From: Entomortierella parvispora E1425
Taxonomy: Eukaryota > Fungi > Mortierellomycota
Length of the DNA stretch: 64,000 nucleotides
Reading direction: 5' to 3'
Assembly (NCBI GenBank): GCA_020891255.1
Contig: BQFW01000010.1
Coordinates: 1,750,997-1,814,996, forward strand
Of the stretch, positions 53,219-61,269 are shown in pieces. The translations under genes were made by a program, and so were the position numbers. Position 1 is the stretch's first letter, and the number at the start of each line of letters is the position of its first letter. The notes beneath the pieces are model-generated. The model made no database searches, was not told the DNA's origin, and was given only the letters and a program-made list of their open reading frames with translations.

Positions 53219-53890
53219 GCCACGTACGTGGTGTCAGCAACGTGATGGCCTTGCCCCGTCTCGTCCTCCTGTCCCGAGGGAGGGTCCGTTATCTCGGCGT
53301 CGTCATCTTGGTGGTTGTCCTCCTTGGAGTCCTCGCTCCCCTGCCCCTCGTCATCGGACCCGCCGAAGACGGTGTGGGTGGGGGAGGCCCGCCTCTGGCG
53401 GGGGCGGAGGTTCATGGGTCTAGGACTCATCATGGAGCCCTTAAGGTGGCTGTGGGCCTGTGTTAAGGGAACCAGGCCATTCTCGCCAACAAAGTCGTCG
53501 ATGGTGACCTTCTTGGGGGTTTGGACAACTGTCTTGAAGCTCACTGGGGAGTGCTGGGGGGCAGCGTGGCGGTTCATGGTGGGAGTGCTGTTGTTGGTGG
53601 GGGTGGGTGGGTGGAATGGAGGAATGGAGAGAATGGAGAGAAGAGAAAGAGGTCCAAATTGGGTTGGGCATCTCTTTCATCTTTTCCATCTTGCTCCATC
53701 TTACTCCATCTCAATCCACCCTGACGATGGCGTGATCGATGGAACCCGATCGGACCAATCGCATGCATCCACGACCCTGACAAGATGCATGAGGGCATTC
53801 TCCAACTCTTGGTCTCTTGGTCACACCTGACCCCCCTGAGTGGGGGTCAGGGGAAAGTTGGGGTCTCTGGGGGGAGACTGGGTGGACGGA

Positions 53891-54086
53891 CTTTAGGGTG
53901 AAGAAACCCTACAATGGGGAAACCCTGCAATGGGGAGACCCTACGCTGGGGACACCCCAGATTGGGGTGAGCCATGCCCAGGGCACCCAAGTTAGGGTGC
54001 AAGGTGGGGAAAGTAGGGTGTCCTTGTCTTGTCTTGTCTGCCTGCATGGGAGGAAAGCCCCGCCCATGTCACCCCAAGTAGGGGTG
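53891..54086. promoter_or_regulatory. Array of about seven quasi-palindromic ACCC-N7-GGGG / CACCC..AGGGTG motifs upstream of the 278-aa ORF
   Basis: ACCCTACAATGGGGA 53906, ACCCTGCAATGGGGA 53922, ACCCTACGCTGGGGA 53938, ACCCCAGATTGGGGT 53954 (16-bp period); CACCCAAGTTAGGGTG 53984; TGGGGAAAGTAGGGTG near 54005; CACCCCAAGTAGGGGTG 54070. A regulatory role is inference. Confidence 0.5.
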
Positions 54087-54389
54087 AGCGGGGAATAAGG
54101 AGTCCTTGCTTGCGCGCTCGCATGGGCGAGCTGGGATGCGCAAGCTGGCAGAGTCTTGAACGGCAACGGTGAGCAGAAAGGCGCAAGAAGAAGCTGCAAG
54201 TGCAAGCTAATGGGATAGCTGATGGCGAGTGGCCTCCCGAGCCCCATTGCCACGGCTCACGAGTGGGCTATGGATAGGGCTGCTAAAACCTCCTCTGGCC
54301 CCCAGTCCCCGGGGGAAGTGGGAGGAAGCCGGCCAGAGGGGGGGCAAAACAGACCAACTTGGAGCAGTCAGTCTGCAATGGGCTTGAAG

Positions 54390-55140
54390 GATGGACCGCA
54401 GGGAGCGTCCATCGGTGGTATCTGGGGCAGCCGCGGCAGAGGGCAGCAGCAGCAGAGTCAGCCCCAAATCTCATTTCTCACAGGTGAGGAAGATGAGCAA
54501 GTGGGGAGAGAAGAGAAGAGAACCCCCCTCCTGGACTCCATTCCCTCAGAAGGGAGTGGGGTGGCGAGTCCGGCCAGGGGGGAAGATCCACGTCGAGATC
54601 AACAACTTGACCGAAGGGAATCAGCATGCAGCGACATGCGACGGGCTTGAGTGGATGGCGCGCAGGAAGCGTCCATCGGTGATATCTGGGGCAACAGCAA
54701 TAGAGGCTGCTGCAGCAGAATCAGCTCCCAGTCCCAACTCCCATCCCTCACACAAAAGGGATGGGCAAGTGGGGAGAAAACCCCCTGGCCCCCAGTCCCT
54801 CGGGGGGGAGTGGGCAGGAGCCGGCCAGAGGGGGAGGATCCGCGCCGAGATCAACAACTTGGCTGAAGGGAATCAGCATGCAGCGACATGCGACGGGCTT
54901 GAGTGGATGGCGCGCAGGAAGCGTCCATCGGTGACATCTGGGGCAATAGCAACAGATGCTGCTGCTGCAGAATCAGCCCCCAATCCCAACTCCCATCCCT
55001 CACACAAAAGGGATGGGCAAGTGGGAGAAACCCCCCTGGCCCCCAGTCCCTCGGGGGGAGTGGGTGGGGGCCGGCCAGGGGGGAAGATCCGCGCCGAGAT
55101 CAACAACTTGGCCACAGGGAATCGACATGCAGTGACATGA
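54390..55140. repeat. Three tandem ~252-264-bp repeats
   Basis: Anchor GG(A/G)AGCGTCCATCGGTG at 54401, 54665, 54917; each unit ends ..GAGATCAACAACTTG..GGGAATC..CATGCAG.GACATG. Confidence 0.9.
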
Positions 55141-55551
55141 TGGTCATAATTGAATGGAGCGCCAACCAGTGACAACTAGAGCAAATAGAGGCAAAGACCA
55201 AGATCGACCTCCTAGCTCAGTCTCCAAAGGGAGAGAAGGCCCAACCAAAAGACCACTGAAGCGAGAAGCCCGGCTGGCTGTGGTCTATGTGAACAAGAAA
55301 ACAAAAAGGACATCAGCATGGATTCTTTTTCCAAGAAGAGAGCAACACCAAGCGCTTGAGAAGCAACACCTACTGCAGAAGTGGACAGAACAACACGCTG
55401 GAGTGAAGCTTTTTTTTTGTTTCCGCCAAAAAAAAAAAAAAGATCAAGCCCGCAGGACAGAAGTGAATAGCAACTATGCAGGGAAGCGAAAAGTCCGTCC
55501 ATTGTCAGATCCAGTCAGGAGGGTTTGGCCAAGAATAATGAGCCAAGAGGA

Positions 55552-55925
55552 GGACCAGGGCTAGGAAGAGCCAGGACCAAGAAGAGGGCCAGGACTAGGA
55601 AGAGGGCCAGGACCAAGAAGAGGGCCAGGACCAGGAAGAGGGCCAGGACCAGGAAGAGGGCCAGGACCAGGAAGAGGGCCAGGACCAAGAAGAGGGCCAG
55701 GACTAGGAAGAGGGCCAGGACCAGGAAGAGGGCCAGGACTAGGAAGAGGGCCAGGACCAGGAAGAGGGCCAGGACCAGGAAGAGGGCCAGGACCAGGAAG
55801 AGGGCCAGGACCAGGAAGAGGGCCAGGACCAGGAAGAGGGCCAGGACCAGGAAGAGGGCCAGGACCAGGAAGAGGGCCAGGACCAGGAAGAGGGCCAGGA
55901 CCAGGAAGAGGGCCAGGACCAAGAA
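55552..55925. repeat. 18-bp minisatellite AGGAAGAGGGCCAGGACC, about 20 copies
   Basis: Direct tandem repeat; it produces the spurious RKRART, FLVLAL and PGPGPL ORFs. Confidence 0.95.
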
Positions 55926-56350
55926 GAAAACCCCCGACCTCGACCTGATCCGAAACTTCAGTCGACTCAGAACCAAGGTCAAGGTCACTGGCTAGGTTGG
56001 CAACAGCAAGAAGAGACCACGTTAGAATGTATTTCGTTTTTTTTTCCCTTTCCGCTGTCCGTGACTTTTCGCAGCACTTTTCTTTCTTTTTGCCTTTGCG
56101 GCTCTGAGAAATCACTCTTTCCCCGTTCTTCAAAAGATACTCTTCTCAAACTTACCGTACGAACGGATGCAACATCCAGGACAGCAAGGACAGCAGGGTG
56201 CAACCAGTCTATGTCTTCTGTGCGAATGTGGACCCATGCAACAAAAAGTACTAGACTCGAGGTATGGCTCCGGCGTTTCAGAAATCAGAAACTTCATGAT
56301 GGCATGTAATGTCACATGCAACAGGCATTGAGTCGGCAGGCAACGACAGG

Positions 56351-56592
56351 CAACGACAGGCAGCAACTTGACTGAGTGGGCCAAGCATGGAGTTGACAGG
56401 CAACGACAGGCAGCAACTTGACTGAGTGGGCCAAGCATGGAGTTGACAGGCAACGACAGGCAGCAACTTGACTGAATTGGCCAGGCATGGAGTCGACAGG
56501 CAACGACAGGCAGCAACTTGACTGAATGGGCCAGGCATGGAGTCGACAGGCAGCAACTTGACTGAATGGGCCAGGCATATGGAGTCGACAGG
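56351..56592. repeat. 50-bp minisatellite, about 5 copies
   Basis: Unit CAACGACAGGCAGCAACTTGACTGAGTGGGCCAAGCATGGAGTTGACAGG at 56351, 56401, 56451, 56501, plus a shortened copy. Confidence 0.92.
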
Positions 56593-57223
56593 CAAGACAG
56601 GCAACGGTTCGACCGAAAGACTCCAGGAAGTAGCCACAGGGCAAAAGCCAACAGAGTCGGTCCTGGTGCCCTAGTCCCAGCTCACATAGTCTCAGCCTCC
56701 ATCCCCCACATGTGGGGAGATGGGCAAGTGCCCTCTGGCTAAGGAGATTGGTGACAGGCGATGGGCTTGAATGATGGAGCACAGAGAGCGCCCCTAGCGA
56801 CAACTGGACCAGACAGACCCAAAGACCCAAGGCCCACAATGGACAATCTGGGGAGACCCACCAGAGGAGATCTGCTCGACTGAAGGACCAAAGGAAGCAA
56901 GGGGCCCAACCAAAATACCACTGAAGCAAGCGCGGGCAGGCGCTAGGTCTATATGGACAAAAACCAAGAGGACATCAGCATGGATTCTTTTTCCAAGAAG
57001 GAACATCAAGCGCTTGAGGAGCAACACCTACTGCAGGAGCGGACAGAACGACACGCCTGGGGTGAAGCTTTTTTTTTTTTTGGCTCCGCAACCAAAAAAA
57101 AAAATCAGGGCCGCAGCAGGTCGGAGGCAGACACAGCCTGACAGAACGGCATGGCAGAAGCGGACAGAAAAGTCCTTCGATTGCTAGATCCGGCCATAGA
57201 GGGTTTGGCCAGAATAATGAGCC

Positions 57224-57436
57224 AAGAGGAGGACCAGGACCAGGAAGAGGGCCAGGACCAGGAAGAGGCCAGGACCAGGAAGAGGCCAGGACCAGGAAGA
57301 GGCCAGGACCAGGAAGAGGCCAGGACCAGGAAGAGGCCAGGACCAGGAAGAGGCCAGGACCAGGAAGAGGACAGGAAGAGGACCAGGACCAGGAAGAGGG
57401 CCAGGACCAGGAAGAGGACCAGGACCAGGAAGAGGA
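57224..57436. repeat. Second array of the 17/18-bp AGGAAGAG(G)GCCAGGACC minisatellite
   Basis: Same core as 55552-55925 with length variants. Confidence 0.9.
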
Positions 57437-57509
57437 CGCTGTTGACTTCCTAACTGCGTAGACAATAAAACGAAGAGAACGTCAGAATGAGCGTTTCTTT
57501 TTTCTCTTC

Positions 57510-57556
<47 letters not shown>

Positions 57557-60500
57557 CTTTCCTTGGGAGGGATTTCAGACGCGTGAAGAGTCGCCTTGCT
57601 TACCAGAGGAGCGGGCAGTGCAGAAAGTCGTTTCATTTTGCAAAGCGTCAGACGGACCACACAACCAGAAAAAATTCCCCCGACCTCGACCTGATTCGAA
57701 ACTTCAGTCGAGTCAGAACCTAGGTCAAGGTCACTGGAGAAGGAAACGGAAACCCTTGTCCGCAAGCCAAAAGAGACATGCTGGCCTGAACATGCTTGGC
57801 TAGGTTGGCAACAGCAAGAAGAGACCACGTTAGAATGCATTTCTTTTTTTTCCCTTTCCGCTGTCCGTGGCTTGTCGCAATTTTCTTTCATTTTGCCTTT
57901 GCGGCTCTGAGAAATCACTCTTTCCCCGTTCTTCAAAAGATACTCTTCTCAAACTTACCGTACGAACGGATGCAACATCCAGGACAGCAAGGACAGCAGG
58001 GTGCAACCAGTCTATGTCTTCTGTGCGAATGTGGACCCATGCAACAAAAAGTACTAGACTCGAGGCATGGCTCCGGCGTTTTAGAAAACCAGAAACTTGA
58101 ATCGAGACCGTGCAGAAGCAGGACAACGCAGGTTTTCATGCAAAACCTCAAGACCCACAGGTGCAGGTTATGGGCTCATCCTTCTGACATCCGGTCCTCG
58201 GAAGGAGCAGGAGCGGAGGGTCAAAGGAGGGCAATCCAGCTTGGCTGGATGGACAGCATGATGATGACATGTAATGTCACATGCAGCAACTTGACTGAAT
58301 AGACCAGGCAGGAGTCGACAAGCAACGCCTGGCAACAACTTGACTAAGCAGACCAGCATGGAGTTGACAGGCAGCGACAGGCAACAATGTGACTGAGTGG
58401 GCCAACATGTGGTTGACAGGTAACGACAGGCATCAGTTCGACCGAAAGACTCCAGGAAGCGGCCACAGGCGACAACGGTAGCAATTCTCAACGGAGATCC
58501 AGGATTCTTGAGTACCGATTGGGTGATGGATTCACCCTTCATCGCCTTGGTATCGATGAGGGTGATAAACTTGACTGAGAAATCATCACGGAGGCAATAT
58601 TCAACGGCTCGACCCCAAGGAATACTGGAACGAACTTATCGACGACGACCCAGCAACGGCCCTCTCCTCTTGCTATTTTGCGTGGAATCAGACCACACCT
58701 AGTCAAGTGTGCGAGTTTGTCTAGGACTCATGCAAAAGCCACTAGGCGCCGTCTCTAAAGCAGGAATCGTAGTAGGCGAAAAGAATCAGCCCACTTGGAT
58801 TGACGGCAAGGAGCTCAAGGATCGAGGAGAATGGATACCGTTGACGCTCTTGACTATATCGACAATAAAATCAGCTAAAGTCGTTAGAACGATTGCTTTT
58901 TTTTTTCTATCCCTCGAAAGGGATATCACAGTATCACAGGCGTGGCAGACACTTACCAAAGGAGCGAATAAAACGGCGGTGTGAACAAAGATAAGTAGCC
59001 TGCCTGATTATATCGACAACATGGGAAGGGTTAGAACGATTGTCCCTCCATTTGTCTTTTGCACGAGAGGCTTTCAAACGCGTGAGGAACAACACTTACC
59101 ATAGAAGCGGATTGAACAAGTGGGATTTGCAACAAAGCAGGCCAGGAACTCTTTTTTTCTAAGCGGGCAACGAACCACACAATCAAGGACCCCTCCTCCG
59201 AACTCCTGTCGACTAGACCAGTGCTGTGAGGTCTGAGGCTGAGGATACCCTGTCTTCCTGAACATGCTTGGCTGCGGACAAAAAAAAAAAAAAAAAAACG
59301 AAAAAAAGGCACATCACGTGCGTCAACCATCTCGTACTCGATTCTCGTCCTCGTTGGAGCTGCCCATCCGTCTTTGTCTCTTTTCAACGACACGCCCCAA
59401 AAACTTACCATACGAACGGATGCAACTTCCAGGACTGCAGGAACGGTAGGAACGGCAGGATACAGCCAGTTTGTTTCTTTTTTTGCGAATATGGTTCACG
59501 AAACAGACCCAAGATGTAGCTCCCAGCGCTTCAGAAAACCAGAAACTTGAGTCGAGACCGCGGAGCAGCAGGAACAATGCCAGTCTTTCATGCCAAAAAC
59601 TCAAGACCCATATGGGCGGGCTTTTGGGTTCAGCCTTTGAACACCCAGTCCTCGGAGGTAGTAGGAGAGGTTCTTCAAAGGTGGGCAGATCAACCTCATC
59701 GAAAGAGCGGCTTGGAGATGACATGTATTTATCACATGCAACAGCTTGATTGAAAGAGCCAGCATGGAGTCGACAGGCAACGATAGGCATTTCGACTGAA
59801 GGACTCCAGGAAGCAGCCATAGACGACAACGAGGGCAGACCTTAACCCAGATCCAGGACTCACGCATGCGAATCGTGAATGTGGTTTCTATCCCCTTGGT
59901 GCCCCGACCCGACAGGGGCAGGAGGGATTTCTGGCCAGCATAAAGTTGGTATTCAACGATTCAGCGGAAGACATGGACCGGACCAGACATGGGACAACAG
60001 AACTGTGACGGCTGCCCCTCCTTTCTTTTTTGAGCGGAGACGGACCTCGCCATCAAAGAACCAGCGCCCGATCCAGAGTTCCGGTCAGTCAAAAACTTAG
60101 GGCAATGATCGCAAGGAACATGGAACTGGCTAGAGCCGAGGCGAGCAGACGCTGTCAACATGCCCGACTACATGGACGATGAAACAAGAGGGGGCGTTAG
60201 AATAAGTTTTCTTTATCTCTCTTCCATACAAGCCAACTTCACTCACCGCAGGGAATAGACATGGAAGCAAGACAGAAAGGATGTGTCCAAACCATGTAAC
60301 AAAGCTCCTGTGGTCCATGCCATGATGAAATTACGACGTCTACTCCCAGGAAACCGTAAAGTTGAGTCAAGACCGCAAGTTGCCGCTACAAGAGGAGTAA
60401 GCAGGTATGAGTGGGCTGAAAAAGACCAATTGGCCAGGATGGAAGTCCGGAGAGAAGACCAGAAAAGGGCGCCTTTGACATGGTAGGAGCAATCACAATG

Positions 60501-61269
60501 ACAATGTGGCAACGGTCTGCAAGGAAGAGGCGGAAGAATGGAAACATCTCACCTGAATGGAGGACCGAAGACCAGACGCTGGGTCAGACTACGTAGGATA
60601 TAAAATCAACTAAAGCCGTCAGTTGAAATACTTTCTCCGTTTATCTTCCTCAGTAGGGAACATCGAATGTATGAATTGTAGGCTGCACTTACTGAAACTA
60701 GAGCAGATATAACAACCGGGCAGGAACAGCCGCCATCTGCAGCTTGGATGTTGAATGTTTTTTTTTTTGGAGCAAAAAAAAAAAAAAAAAAAAAAAAGAG
60801 GCCCAGTCTCGACCCCCAGAACCCCCTGTCAGTTCAGATCATGTCAAGGCCGCAAGGCGCCGCCACGGAAGCAGGGAGCAGAGTAGGCGAAAAGGAGACA
60901 GCCGCTTGAATTGACAGCAAGGATTCAAAGGACCGAGGAGATATATACCATTGACATTCTTAACTCTATGGACAAAGCAGTTGAAATGGTTAGAACGATT
61001 GCTCTTTCTTTCTATCTCTCTTCCATTGAAAGGGGTATTGTAGGCGTGAAGAGCAGATGCTTACCAAGGAGCGAATACGAGAAGTGTGAGGACACGGGCA
61101 AAAAGGAGCAGATGTCATCAACTGGATGGACTAATTGCTGGACAATATGGACAATAAAGACCATGGAGGTCGTTAGAATGAGATATCTTCTTTCGTAATG
61201 ATCAACACTTACTAGGAGAGAAGACATGGGGCAGCAACGATCTGAGCAGGGTGGCAGCAATTGTAGTCA

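Larger units (their letters stand above)
47669..53577 (-). pseudogene. 278-aa orphan ORF interrupted by the Gypsy insertion
   Basis: 53577-53219 (359 nt) plus 48146-47669 (478 nt) gives 837 nt, one frame from ATG to stop (..HHVADTTYVA|DADDEATQPL..) once the element and one GCCAC copy are removed. Confidence 0.75.
54900..59860. repeat. Degenerate higher-order repeat, about 3 units (about 54900-56650, 56690-58500, partial 59250-59860)
   Basis: Shared anchors: CATCAGCATGGATTCTTTTTCCAAGAAG (about 55312 and 56972); GGCTAGGTTGGCAACAGCAAGAAGAGACCACGTTAGAATG (about 55990 and 57798); TACGAACGGATGCAAC (3 copies); TCGAC(C/T)GAA(A/G)GACTCCAGGAAG (about 56609, 58438, 59793). Confidence 0.8.

Noticed and set aside
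56351-56592. CRISPR-like array
   Set aside because: Head-to-tail repeats without unique spacers, no cas genes, eukaryotic context.
55515-57936. Long repetitive ORFs (FLVLAL, RKRART, PGPGPL repeats)
   Set aside because: They arise in several frames on both strands from a stop-free 18-bp minisatellite; no coding evidence.
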